Assembly (NCBI GenBank): GCA_963749075.1
Contig: CAVVLJ010000017.1
Coordinates: 320,001-384,000 of the forward strand
Direction: 5' to 3'
Length of the DNA stretch: 64,000 bases
Origin: an uncultured Pseudomonadota bacterium
GTDB taxonomy: Bacteria > Pseudomonadota > Alphaproteobacteria > JACZXZ01
Both the position numbers and the translations under genes were made by a program. Each line of letters begins with the position of its first letter. The first letter of the stretch is position 1. The notes below the pieces were generated by a model that saw only the letters and a program-made list of their open reading frames with translations, ran no database searches and was not told where the DNA came from. This document shows, in pieces, positions 9,629 through 20,089 of this stretch.

Positions 9629-10747
9629 CTACTTCCGCAGCAGCCACTCGCGGCCGACCTTGACGCGCGGGGTGCCGTTGTAGGCGACGATGTCGGCGGT
9701 GGCGTAGGTCTCGTGCCAGTTCTCGGGCAGATAGGAGCCGGTGCCGACCACGTCGATCGGCGCATTGGCGACGGCCATCACCTTGCACTTGGCCGGACCG
9801 AAGCCCGAGGAGGCGACGATCTTGACGTTGGCAAAGCCCGCCTGGTCGAGGCGCTCGCGCAGATACCAGATCGCCGCCGCGGAGACGCCGGTGCCGATGA
9901 GGTAGCGCAGCTCCGTGTCGGTGCGGAAGCCGCGCAACGAATCGGGCGCATTGCGCTCGAGCACCGCGTAGGAGCGCTGCGGGTCGAGCTCCTCCATGAA
10001 GCGGCCGCCGCTGGTGTCGAGGCGCACCGCGAGCCCGCCTTTGGCCGCGAGCTCGGGAAAGCGGCGGGCGACGGCGAGCGTATCGCTGACCTCGCGCCCG
10101 AAGTAATCGACCAGCACCGTGAGCATGGCGTCGGGATGCGCCTCGTGGAACATCTCGGCCGCGGCGACGGTCGAGCCGGCATAGCCAATGAGGGCGTGCG
10201 GCATGGTGCCGAGGCCCTTCTTCTGGCCGAAGTAGTGGGCGGTGGCGTCGGTCGCGTTGCCGACGAAGCCCTTGGCCGCCACTTTACGCCGCGCGCGCGC
10301 CGAGCCGACCGAGGCGGCATAGGCCATCATCTCGGCCATCTCGGCGCCGGCGCAGTGGCGCGCGTCCATGGCGAGAAAAGCGACCCGGGGCAGATCGGCG
10401 CACATGGTGAAGGCGTTGTAGGCCGCGACGCAGGCGGGTCCGATCTTCTGCAGATAGATCGTCTCGAGATCGATGAGGTGATAGAGCGGGCCCGAGAGAT
10501 AGAGGAGCGGCTCGCCGGCGCCGACCCACTTGCCCTCGGGATAGATGAGGTCGATCTCGAACTTGGTCTGGCGCCGCTCGGCGACCGCGAGGAGCCACTC
10601 GACGGCGAGCCGCGGCGCGCTCACCACGGGGCGGCGCAGGAAGACCGCATAGGTGGCGCGCGTGTCGCCGAACTTGCCGACGACCGCCTTGCTGCGGTTG
10701 AAGTAGGCGTCGGTGAGGCGCTCGATCTCGTCGACATCGGGATGCAT
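9629..10747 (-). CDS. Nicotinate phosphoribosyltransferase-family protein
   Basis: TDAYF, MDARH, GTMPHALI, VRLDTSG, IVASSGF, GTGS: type II phosphoribosyltransferase motifs. Confidence 0.85.
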   Translation of the reverse strand: MHPDVDEIERLTDAYFNRSKAVVGKFGDTRATYAVFLRRPVVSAPRLAVEWLLAVAERRQTKFEIDLIYPEGKWVGAGEPLLYLSGPLYHLIDLETIYLQKIGPACVAAYNAFTMCADLPRVAFLAMDARHCAGAEMAEMMAYAASVGSARARRKVAAKGFVGNATDATAHYFGQKKGLGTMPHALIGYAGSTVAAAEMFHEAHPDAMLTVLVDYFGREVSDTLAVARRFPELAAKGGLAVRLDTSGGRFMEELDPQRSYAVLERNAPDSLRGFRTDTELRYLIGTGVSAAAIWYLRERLDQAGFANVKIVASSGFGPAKCKVMAVANAPIDVVGTGSYLPENWHETYATADIVAYNGTPRVKVGREWLLRK

Positions 10748-10859
10748 GGCCGCGCCGCCAAGGACGTTGATGGGGCGGCAAGCCTAGCGTGCCTGGGCGG
10801 ATTTTGATAGGCCCCGCGGCCGGGGCGCCGGCCGAACTACGCCGATTAAGCCTCCAAAA

Positions 10860-11039
10860 CTAGGCTACCTTGCGCCAGCCATGGGCGACCAGGTCGGCGA
10901 GAATGCCGTAATTGACCCGGCCTTGGCCGATATGCGCCGATGCCGCTGCTCTATAATCCTTAACGAGCACTTGCAGCACCGAGCGCAGCTCAGGCGGCAA
11001 TTCGGTCTCGGCCAGTTCGAGCGATTCTTTCGTTTCCAT
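10860..11039 (-). CDS. Small hypothetical protein, 59 aa (not in ORF track)
   Basis: METKESLELAETELPPELRSVLQVLVKDYRAAASAHIGQGRVNYGILADLVAHGWRKVA*; strong AGGAGGGAG RBS. Confidence 0.7.
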   Translation of the reverse strand: METKESLELAETELPPELRSVLQVLVKDYRAAASAHIGQGRVNYGILADLVAHGWRKVA

Positions 11040-11164
11040 CGCTCCCTCCTACTCGCAATCGGCATCAGCTATCGCGCCGTGGCGCACTGATGCGAGAGGG
11101 AGTCTACACCGGCGGCCGTAAGGAAATTGTTATGGGATTTCTCGCTGCCGCGCGCCCGCCCCGC

Positions 11165-12214
11165 TCACATCAGGAAGACGCCTTTCCCGGCGTTCTGCGC
11201 GTCGAACAGGCGATAGGCCTCCGCCGCCTGCTCGAGGCGCCAGCGGTGGGTGAAGAGGCGCTCGACCGCGACGTTACGCTCGACGACGAAGCTCGCGCAC
11301 TCGGCCTGGCCGATGGTCGAGAAGGTCCACGAGCCGATGACGGTGAGCTGCCTCCGCAAGAGATCGCGGCTCACGTCGAGGGTGACGCTGCCGCCCTCGC
11401 CCACGAAGCAAGCAGTACCCCAGGTGCGCGTGCTCTGCACGGCGGCGAGCCGCGCCGCGGGCGCGCCCGAGGTGTCGAGGGTGAGATCGGCGCCGGCGCC
11501 GTGGGTGAGCTCGTTGATCGCGGCGACGGGATCGGTGCTGCCGGGATCGACGGTCTCGGCAGCACCGAACTCCTTGGCGCGGGCGAGCCGCTCGGGGCTC
11601 ACGTCGAGGGCGATGACGCGGGCACCCATGGCCGCCGCGAGCTGGGTCGCCGAGAGGCCGACCGGGCCCTGGCCGAAGACGGCGAGCACGTCGCGGCCCG
11701 AGAGGTTCATGCGCCTGAGTGCTGCATAGGCCGTCCCGGTGCCGCAGGAGATGGCGGCTCCGACCGCGAAGCTCAGCGCCTCGGGCAAGGGAACCAGCGT
11801 CGCCGCAGGCACCTTCATGTAGGGCGCGTGCGCGCCGTGGCCGGTGAAGCCGTAGACCACGATGCCCTCGCGGCAGAGCTGCGCCCAGCCGCTGCGGCAA
11901 TGGCCGCACACGCCGCAGCCCTTGTAGTGATGCACCATCGCGCGCATGCCGGGCCGGGCCTGGCGCTCGTGACACACGGCCCGACCGCGGCCACGATCCC
12001 GCAGGGCTCGTGCCCGGCGATCACCGGACCGGCGTCCGCGCCGAGACCGAGTGCCGCCGCAGCGTCGCTCCTCGGCGGCGCGGTAGGGCTTGAGATCCGA
12101 GCCGCACATCCCCGAGGCCTTGATCTCGAGCACCACCTCGCCCGGTCCCGGCGTCGGGTCGGGAAAGCTCATGAGCTCGACCGCACGGTCGCCGGTGAAG
12201 ACGACGCCTTTCAT
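11165..12214 (-). CDS. Zinc-binding (MDR) dehydrogenase with an internal segment read out of frame
   Basis: GMCGSD, structural Zn CGVCGHC..C, GQGPVG; the conserved GHEPCG motif lies in another frame between about 11965 and 12075 (two compensating frameshifts). Confidence 0.85.
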   Translation of the reverse strand: MKGVVFTGDRAVELMSFPDPTPGPGEVVLEIKASGMCGSDLKPYRAAEERRCGGTRSRRGRRSGDRRARALRDRGRGRAVCHERQARPGMRAMVHHYKGCGVCGHCRSGWAQLCREGIVVYGFTGHGAHAPYMKVPAATLVPLPEALSFAVGAAISCGTGTAYAALRRMNLSGRDVLAVFGQGPVGLSATQLAAAMGARVIALDVSPERLARAKEFGAAETVDPGSTDPVAAINELTHGAGADLTLDTSGAPAARLAAVQSTRTWGTACFVGEGGSVTLDVSRDLLRRQLTVIGSWTFSTIGQAECASFVVERNVAVERLFTHRWRLEQAAEAYRLFDAQNAGKGVFLM

Positions 12215-12248
12215 GACGGAGCTTCTCCCTGATCAGAGCTTTCTTAAA

Positions 12249-12295
12249 CCCCCCACCCTACCCTCCCCCTCAAGGGGGGAGGGTAGGGTGGGGGG
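12249..12295. repeat. Collapsed (spacerless) REP doublet, near-perfect hairpin; may act as a terminator
   Basis: CCCCCCACCCTACCCTCCCCCT-CA-AGGGGGGAGGGTAGGGTGGGGGG. Confidence 0.88.
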
Positions 12296-12313
12296 TACGC
12301 CTTTCCGATACCG

Positions 12314-13696
12314 CTACGACGCCGCCGCCACTCTGTGGGCGCTCTCCGTGCGCAGGGACTTGAGCTCCTCGGCGATGAGGAAGGCGAGCTCGAGCGCCTG
12401 GGTGGCGTTGAGGCGCGGGTCGCAGTGCGTGTGGTAGCGGTCGGCGAGCTGGCTCTCGTCGATCGCCTGGGCGCCGCCGATGCACTCGGTCACCTCCTGG
12501 CCGGTCATCTCGAAATGCACGCCTCCCGCGAAGGTGCCCTCGGCCTGGTGCACGGCGAAAAAGCGGCGCACCTCGCCGAGGATGCGGTCGAAGGCACGCG
12601 TCTTGTAGCCGTTGGCGGACTTGACCGTATTGCCGTGCATGGGATCGCACGCCCACACGACCTTCTTGCCCTCGCGCTCGACGGCGCGGATGAGGGGCGG
12701 CAGCTTCTTCTCCACCAAATCCATGCCCATGCGCGCGATGAGGGTGAGCCGCCCGGGCTCGTTGGCCGGATTGAGCGCGTCCGCGAGCCGGAGGAGATCG
12801 TCGGGCGCGAGCGAGGGCCCGCATTTGAGGCCGAGCGGGTTCTTGACCCCGCGCAGGAACTCGACGTGGGCGCCGTCCGCCTGGCGCGTGCGGTCGCCGA
12901 TCCAGAGGAGATGCGCCGAGCAGCCGTACCAGTCCCCGGTCAGGCTGTCCTGGCGGGTGAGCGCTCGCTCGTAAGGGAGGAGCAGCGCCTCGTGGGAGGT
13001 GAAGAAGGAGACCTCGCGCACGCTCGGCGTGCTCTCGGAGGTGAGCCCGCAGGCCTCCATGAAGGCGAGCGCCTCGGTTATGCGGTCGGCGAGCTCCTGG
13101 TAGCGGGCACCCGCGCTGCTCTTGAGCACGAAGTCCTGTGTCCAGCGGTGCACCTTGTGGAGGTCGGCGAAGCCGCCGAGTGCGAAGGCGCGCAAAAGGT
13201 TGAGCGTGGCGGCCGACTGGTTGTAGGCCTGCACCATGCGCTGGGGATCGGGCGTGCGGGCGGCTGCCTCGAACTCGATGCCGTTGATGATGTCGCCGCG
13301 GTAGCTCGGCAGCTCGACCCCACCCTGGCGCTCGCTCTCCTCCGAGCGCGGCTTGGCGAACTGGCCGGCCACGCGCCCCACCTTGACGACCGGCAGTGCC
13401 GCGCCATAAGTGAGCACCACCGCCATCTGGAGAAATACCTTGAAGCTGTCGCGGATGTTGTTGGCGGAGAACTCGGCGAAGCTCTCGGCGCAGTCGCCGC
13501 CCTGGAGGAGGAACGACTTGCCCGCGGCCACGCGCGCGAGCTCGGCCTTCAAGTTGCGCGCCTCGCCGGCGAAGACGAGCGGCGGGAAGCGGGCGAGCTG
13601 CGCCTCGGCGCGGCCGAGCGCCTCCTCGTCGGGATAGACGGGCGCCTGCTTGGCAGGCTTCATGCGCCAACTGTCGGGCGTCCACGGGGCGGCCAT
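12314..13696 (-). CDS. Class II DAHP synthase
   Basis: [44 protein letters not shown]. Confidence 0.96.
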   Translation of the reverse strand: MAAPWTPDSWRMKPAKQAPVYPDEEALGRAEAQLARFPPLVFAGEARNLKAELARVAAGKSFLLQGGDCAESFAEFSANNIRDSFKVFLQMAVVLTYGAALPVVKVGRVAGQFAKPRSEESERQGGVELPSYRGDIINGIEFEAAARTPDPQRMVQAYNQSAATLNLLRAFALGGFADLHKVHRWTQDFVLKSSAGARYQELADRITEALAFMEACGLTSESTPSVREVSFFTSHEALLLPYERALTRQDSLTGDWYGCSAHLLWIGDRTRQADGAHVEFLRGVKNPLGLKCGPSLAPDDLLRLADALNPANEPGRLTLIARMGMDLVEKKLPPLIRAVEREGKKVVWACDPMHGNTVKSANGYKTRAFDRILGEVRRFFAVHQAEGTFAGGVHFEMTGQEVTECIGGAQAIDESQLADRYHTHCDPRLNATQALELAFLIAEELKSLRTESAHRVAAAS

Positions 13697-13812
13697 GTCT
13701 CGCGTCCTTCGGGTTGCCGTGCTGGAAAGCCCAGTCTATACGACGATTCGATGGTGCTTTCCAGAGCGAAATCCCTCTCCGCGCGCGGCGGCGCCCGTCG
13801 GGCAATGCGCTT

Positions 13813-13845
13813 TTGAACTTCTCTGTATATGATGGTAATATACAG
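13813..13845 (+). promoter_or_regulatory. Putative brnTA promoter with inverted-repeat operator
   Basis: TTGAAC-N17-TAATAT overlapped by CTGTATAT-N7-ATATACAG, immediately before the ATG at 13847. Confidence 0.55.
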
Positions 13846-13846
13846 G

Positions 13847-14149
13847 ATGATCGCGCTCGACCTGATTGTCGGCTTCGAGTGGGACGACGGCAATCTTCGG
13901 AAGAGCGCGGTCAAACATGGCGTGAGCCAGGCCGAGGCGGAGCAGGTGTTTCTCAACGAGCCTTTGCTCGTCGTCGAGGACAGAAGCCACAGCGGCGCCG
14001 AAACGCGGTTCCACGCGCTCGGGAGAAGCGATGCCGGCCGCCGGCTGCACGTGACGTTCACGGTCCGCCAGAACGGAACCTTGATCCGCGTGATCTCGGC
14101 GCGGGACATGCACCGCAAGGAGCGAGTCCGTTATGCAGAAGAGACATAA
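13847..14149 (+). CDS. brnT: BrnT-family ribonuclease toxin
   Basis: FEWDDGN..KHGVS..EAEQVF..HS..E.R..IRVISAR..KER..Y. Confidence 0.9.
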   Translation: MIALDLIVGFEWDDGNLRKSAVKHGVSQAEAEQVFLNEPLLVVEDRSHSGAETRFHALGRSDAGRRLHVTFTVRQNGTLIRVISARDMHRKERVRYAEET

Positions 14150-14402
14150 GACCGCCCCACGCTTCCGAAACGAGGCGGAGGAACGCCGGTTTTGGGAAAG
14201 CCATGATTCGACGGCATATGTGGATTGGCGCTCGGCCGAGCGCGTCCGCATGCCGAACCTCAAGCCGTCCACGGTCTCGATCTCGCTGAGGCTCCCCGCG
14301 GGTCTTCTCGAGCGCATCAAGATCGCGGCCAACAAGCGAGACGTGCCCTATCAATCGCTCATCAAGTCATGGCTCGCCGAGAAGCTCGATCGCCTTTCGT
14401 GA
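14133..14402 (+). CDS. BrnA/CopG-type antitoxin (RHH)
   Basis: P.F..EAEER.FW..HDS and ISLRLP..IK..A.KRDVPYQSLIK.WL; overlaps brnT. Confidence 0.88.
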   Translation: MQKRHKTAPRFRNEAEERRFWESHDSTAYVDWRSAERVRMPNLKPSTVSISLRLPAGLLERIKIAANKRDVPYQSLIKSWLAEKLDRLS

Positions 14403-14409
14403 GCGCCGC

Positions 14410-15786
14410 CTATTCCGCCGCCTGCTTCTCGGGCTCCGGCGCGGCCGTGCGCATGGTGACGAACTCCTCGGCCGCGGTCGGATGGATGCCGATGGTGCGG
14501 TCGAAGTCGCTCTTGGTGGCACCCGCCTTGATCGCCACGGCGAGGCCCTGGATGATCTCGGCTGCCCCCTCCCCCACCATGTGAGCGCCCACCACCCGCC
14601 CGCCCGCGCGCTCGACCACGAGCTTCATCATGGTGCGCTCGTCGCGACCCGAGAGCGTGTGCTTCAGGGGCCGGAAGTGCTGACGGTAGACGTCGACCGC
14701 GCCATGCGACTTGCGCGCCGCCTCCTCGCTCAAGCCGACGGTCGCAAGCTCGGGCTGGCTGAAGACGGCGGCGGGCACGTTGGCGTGATCGGGCCTGGTG
14801 GGATTGCCGTTGAAGACGGTCTCGGCGAAGGCCTGGCCTTCGGCGATCGCCACCGGCGTCAAGTTGATGCGGTCGGTCACGTCGCCCACCGCATAGATGT
14901 TCTCGACGGAGCTCCGCGAGTAGGCGTCGACCTCGACCGCCCCCTTGGCGTTCAGCTTGACGCCCGCCGCCTCGAGCCCCAGCCCCTTGCTCGAGGGCGC
15001 GCGGCCGGTTGCAAACATCACGACGTCGGCCTCGAGCCGCTCGCCGTTCGTGAGCGTCGCGACGAGGCCGGCCGAGCCGCGCTCGACGGCGGCGATCTCG
15101 GCGTTGAAGCGGAGATCGACGCCCTTCTTGCGCGTCTCCTCGGCGAGCGTCTGGCGCAAATCGCCGTCGAAGCCGCGGAGGAAAAGCGGGCCGCGGTAGA
15201 GCTGGGTGACGCGGCTGCCCATGCCGTTGAAGATGCCGGCGAACTCGCAGGCGATGTAGCCGCCGCCCACGATGGCGACGCGTTCGGGGAGGCGCTCGAG
15301 GAAGAAGGCCTCGTTCGAGGTGATGCCATGCCCGGCGCCGTGGAGCGGCGGGATCACCGGCCAGCCGCCCGTGGCGATGAGGATCGTCCCGGCGCTCACG
15401 CGCCGGCTGGGGAGCTCGACCGTATGAGCATCGCGCAAGCTGGCGCGCGACGAGAGGATCTCGACGCCCGACTCCTCGAGGAGCTGGCGGTAGACGCCAT
15501 TGAGCCGCGCGATCTCCTTGTTCTTGTGGGCGATGAGGGCGGGCCAGTCGAAGCGGCGCTCGCCGAGGGTCCAGCCGTAGCCGGCCGCGTCCGCGAAATG
15601 CTCGCTGTAGTGGCTCGCGTAGACGAGGAGCTTCTTGGGGATGCAGCCGACGTTGACGCAGGTGCCGCCCAGGTAGCGCTCCTCGGCGAGGGCCACCCGC
15701 GCGCCGTAGCGCGCCGCGACCCGGCTCGCGCGCACGCCGCCCGAGCCGCCGCCGATCACGAAGAGGTCGTAGTCGTAGCCCGCCAT
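14410..15786 (-). CDS. gor: Glutathione-disulfide reductase
   Basis: GGGSGG, GGTCVNVGCIPKK, GGGYIACEFA, LTPVAI, HPTAAEE. Confidence 0.95.
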   Translation of the reverse strand: MAGYDYDLFVIGGGSGGVRASRVAARYGARVALAEERYLGGTCVNVGCIPKKLLVYASHYSEHFADAAGYGWTLGERRFDWPALIAHKNKEIARLNGVYRQLLEESGVEILSSRASLRDAHTVELPSRRVSAGTILIATGGWPVIPPLHGAGHGITSNEAFFLERLPERVAIVGGGYIACEFAGIFNGMGSRVTQLYRGPLFLRGFDGDLRQTLAEETRKKGVDLRFNAEIAAVERGSAGLVATLTNGERLEADVVMFATGRAPSSKGLGLEAAGVKLNAKGAVEVDAYSRSSVENIYAVGDVTDRINLTPVAIAEGQAFAETVFNGNPTRPDHANVPAAVFSQPELATVGLSEEAARKSHGAVDVYRQHFRPLKHTLSGRDERTMMKLVVERAGGRVVGAHMVGEGAAEIIQGLAVAIKAGATKSDFDRTIGIHPTAAEEFVTMRTAAPEPEKQAAE

Positions 15787-15874
15787 CGCCTGAGCCTTTC
15801 CGCCCCCGGAAGCCGTTCCGTGCCGGGGATATAGCCCAAAACGGCGGGAAGGCGAAGGCGCCGGCGCGTGCCGC

Positions 15875-16321
15875 TCAGTAGCGCTTGTAGGGGAGGAACT
15901 TGCCCGCCATGACGATCTCCACCCGGTCGCCCTTGGGGTCGGGCTTGCGGCGGACCTCCATGTCGAAATCGATGGCGCTCATGATGCCGTCGCCGAACTC
16001 CTCCTCGATGAGCGCCTTGCAAGTGGTGCCATAGACCTGCATGAGCTCGTAGAAGCGGTAGATGAGGGGATCGGTCGGGATCGCGGTGGGCAGCGAGCCG
16101 CGATAGGGCACCTCGGAGAGGAGGGCCGCCTCCTCGGCGCCGAGCCCGAGGAGCTTGGCCGCCTTGGCGGCCTGGGCCTTCTCCAGCGTCATCTGGCCGA
16201 GAAGGGCCGCCGTGATGAAAAGGGGCGAGTTGCCGCCGATCGTCTTGGCGATGGCCTGCCAGGTGAGGCCCTTCTTGCGCTTGGCGGCGATGATCTTCTC
16301 GGTCAGCTCGGCTCGCGTCAT
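15875..16321 (-). CDS. cynS: Cyanase
   Basis: PTDPLIYRFYE, EEFGDGIMSAIDF, GKFLPYK. Confidence 0.96.
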   Translation of the reverse strand: MTRAELTEKIIAAKRKKGLTWQAIAKTIGGNSPLFITAALLGQMTLEKAQAAKAAKLLGLGAEEAALLSEVPYRGSLPTAIPTDPLIYRFYELMQVYGTTCKALIEEEFGDGIMSAIDFDMEVRRKPDPKGDRVEIVMAGKFLPYKRY

Positions 16322-16535
16322 GGCACGGCTCCCTTCCCTTGTCTTTTCTCCAAGGTAGCAACCGCCATGCCAAAGCGGCGGCAGCGGAAGCCGCGCGCCG
16401 GGCCGTCTCGCGCGGCGCCTTTTGTTAGAATCGCCTATTTCTTGAGCAAAATGCGGCGGCCGCAGCCGTCGCGATTGTTTATCGCGACGCCGCTCCCTAG
16501 AATCGCCGCTCCACCGGCTCTCGAGAGGAAGTCCC

Positions 16536-18401
<1,866 letters not shown>

Positions 18402-18423
18402 TCGGCAGGCTTGCGTTAAATTT

Positions 18424-18543
18424 CCTCTCCCCCTTTAGGGGGAGAGGATCAAGGTGAGGGGGCCTCTCGCGGGCAGCCCTGGTGCCACGAGTTCATCGCC
18501 GCTTAGTCCCCCCTCCCTAACCCTCCCCCTCAAGGGGGGAGGG
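18424..18543. repeat. Two REP-like arms in outward-facing orientation
   Basis: CCTCTCCCCCTTTAGGGGGAGAGG..GGTGAGGGGG (18424-18462) and CCCCCTCCCTAACCCTCCCCCTCAAGGGGGGAGGG (18508-18543). Confidence 0.75.
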
Positions 18544-18578
18544 CATATGCATCGCATGGCATAAACTTTACCCTAAGC

Positions 18579-18767
18579 TCACCTGCGGCGCGCGCGACGC
18601 TCCGCGATGATGGCCTCGACGTTGACGGGAGCGGGCGGCCTGCTCCTCAGCCCCGCCTCGATTTCCCGGCGCAATGCGAGACGCTTCTGGTCGTAATCGT
18701 CGAACGGCTTCGACTCCTCACGCGCACGCTGCACAACTTCCCGGGCGGGCCGCACGGTCTTGGCCAT
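18579..18767 (-). CDS. Orphan/truncated ParD-like antitoxin
   Basis: QKRLALRREIEAGLRS.P..VNVEAIIAE.RARR resembles the C-terminal half of ParD; no parE follows; start uncertain. Confidence 0.5.
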   Translation of the reverse strand: MAKTVRPAREVVQRAREESKPFDDYDQKRLALRREIEAGLRSRPPAPVNVEAIIAERRARRR

Positions 18768-18793
18768 CGGTTCATTCCATGCTGGAGGTTGCA

Positions 18794-18830
18794 AGCATAA
18801 CGCGATGTCGAATTTTGTCAAATCTTGACA
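18794..18830 (-). promoter_or_regulatory. Putative sigma70 promoter with a palindrome over the -35
   Basis: Minus strand TTGACA-N16-TATGCT; TGTCAA-ATC-TTGACA palindrome at 18816-18830. Confidence 0.55.
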
Positions 18831-18879
18831 TTTTTACGCGTCCTTGGGGCACCATTCCGTGGCAAACCTGCCACCTCGT

Positions 18880-18929
18880 TCATATCCCCCCATGCACAGA
18901 TACTTCACCTCGAGATACTCCTCGATGCC
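18880..18929 (-). repeat. Displaced copy of the gabD 3' end (att-like direct repeat of 20090-20140)
   Basis: 50 vs 51 bp; differs by two third-position substitutions and one homopolymer indel; encodes GIEEYLEVKYLCMGG. Confidence 0.93.
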
Positions 18930-18945
18930 CGCGCCGGCTGGACGA

Positions 18946-19623
18946 TCACGCCGACATCTTGGATCTGGGCTCGCGAGCCGTAAGCCGCTCCACGAGAACG
19001 GCGAGCTTGTCGAAGATATCCCGAGCGACCGGCATGGTGGAGCGACCGTGAGCAAGCGCGTTTCTCAATGTGACCCCGGGCACGAGCTGGTCGTACTCCT
19101 CCGGCTCCAGCAGGCCGAACGACACCAGGTCCTTAAGAAGCGCGATCGGCGTCTTCGGTCCGTCTCGCGAGACGCCAAGCTCCTTCAGCCGGTGATGGGC
19201 GGCCGCCTCCAAGAGTGACCACAGCAGCAGCAGCGCTGCGGCCTGCTCGTTCGACTCATAGAGCCGACGAGCCGAGCGAAGTTTCTTCCTGATCGCGCTG
19301 GGAGATGGAGGCGGCGGCACATTGGCCGCGCGGCCAGACGGCGGCGCAGCCAAGACCAGCCTGAGCTGCCATCCGGGATGGCGACGGACTTCTGCCGCCA
19401 GGTCTCGCCAGGAACTGGGGTCTTGGCCCCACGAACCGCCTTTAACCTCGACAACCAAATGCTCCGCACCGCGGTGGGCGACAAGATCGGGGCGAAAGCC
19501 GTGCAGGAATTCGGGCAAGTCATTTCTGCCAGGTTCCCGTATAACGTCGTATCCTTGGCGCACGAGATCGTCGGCTGCCCTCGCAATCGCCTCCTTTTCA
19601 ACCTGCGCGGGCTCTGCGGTCAT
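18946..19623 (-). CDS. PD-(D/E)xK restriction-endonuclease-fold domain (AHJR-like) fused to a HEPN-like domain
   Basis: GYDV..P....LPEFL.GFRPDLVA.RG.EHLVVEVK (PD..EVK) plus C-terminal RNALAH (RxxxxH). Confidence 0.78.
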   Translation of the reverse strand: MTAEPAQVEKEAIARAADDLVRQGYDVIREPGRNDLPEFLHGFRPDLVAHRGAEHLVVEVKGGSWGQDPSSWRDLAAEVRRHPGWQLRLVLAAPPSGRAANVPPPPSPSAIRKKLRSARRLYESNEQAAALLLLWSLLEAAAHHRLKELGVSRDGPKTPIALLKDLVSFGLLEPEEYDQLVPGVTLRNALAHGRSTMPVARDIFDKLAVLVERLTAREPRSKMSA

Positions 19624-20030
19624 GACGGTACCTCGCCGTGGTCAGGAGGATTGGAAATACGGATATACACGAAGTCACGGGTGACCCCCGCAAGGGCATT
19701 GGCCAGGCTAGGCGATGGGTTGCGAACTGTGAGTCCTCCGGTCAGGCCGGTCTTGCGCACGATAAGCTGTTCTATAACCCGATCGTTCGCGTAGACGACA
19801 TCCTCCAGGCAATCCAAGATCGGTTTCGCGATATTATCGACATCGAGATCGGTGTAATCGGCATAGAAATAGATGATGAGCGCGCCCACGCCCTCGCCCA
19901 CCAGCGGCGTTCCAGCGGGCAAGCTCGCCTGCGCTGCGGCACGAACATTTCCCTGCCAGCGTCGCTTTGACGGCGACGAGGCTTGTAGCGAGATCGGAGT
20001 GCCGTCAACGGTAAAGTCAAACGGCTCCAC
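19620..20030 (-). CDS. RusA-like endodeoxyribonuclease-fold protein
   Basis: F.VDGTP.S, DVDNIAKPILDCL..VVY.ND..I; ATGA overlap with the downstream gene. Confidence 0.8.
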   Translation of the reverse strand: MEPFDFTVDGTPISLQASSPSKRRWQGNVRAAAQASLPAGTPLVGEGVGALIIYFYADYTDLDVDNIAKPILDCLEDVVYANDRVIEQLIVRKTGLTGGLTVRNPSPSLANALAGVTRDFVYIRISNPPDHGEVPS

Positions 20031-20089
20031 GGATTGTCTTTCGAGCCATAAATGTCTCCGCGGCCAGTATAGCTCCGGCGCCCCTCACA

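Larger units (their letters stand above)
18930..20089. mobile_element. 1.16-kb integrase-less islet at the gabD 3' end
   Basis: Bracketed by the gabD-tail direct repeat; lower GC; two translationally coupled genes. Confidence 0.7.

Noticed and set aside
13823-13845. CTGT...ACAG as a LexA box
   Set aside because: Spacing does not fit CTGT-N8-ACAG and alphaproteobacterial LexA uses GTTC-N7-GTTC; a TA operator is more likely.
15875-16321. cynS as part of a thiocyanate/cyanate pathway linked to the respiratory cluster
   Set aside because: Stand-alone cynS is common, it is 35 kb away, and no cynT/cynX or thiocyanate enzyme is adjacent.
18834-19055. ORF containing GIEEYLEVKYLCMGG as a second aldehyde dehydrogenase
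   Set aside because: It is only the 50-bp displaced gabD tail read through from unrelated sequence.
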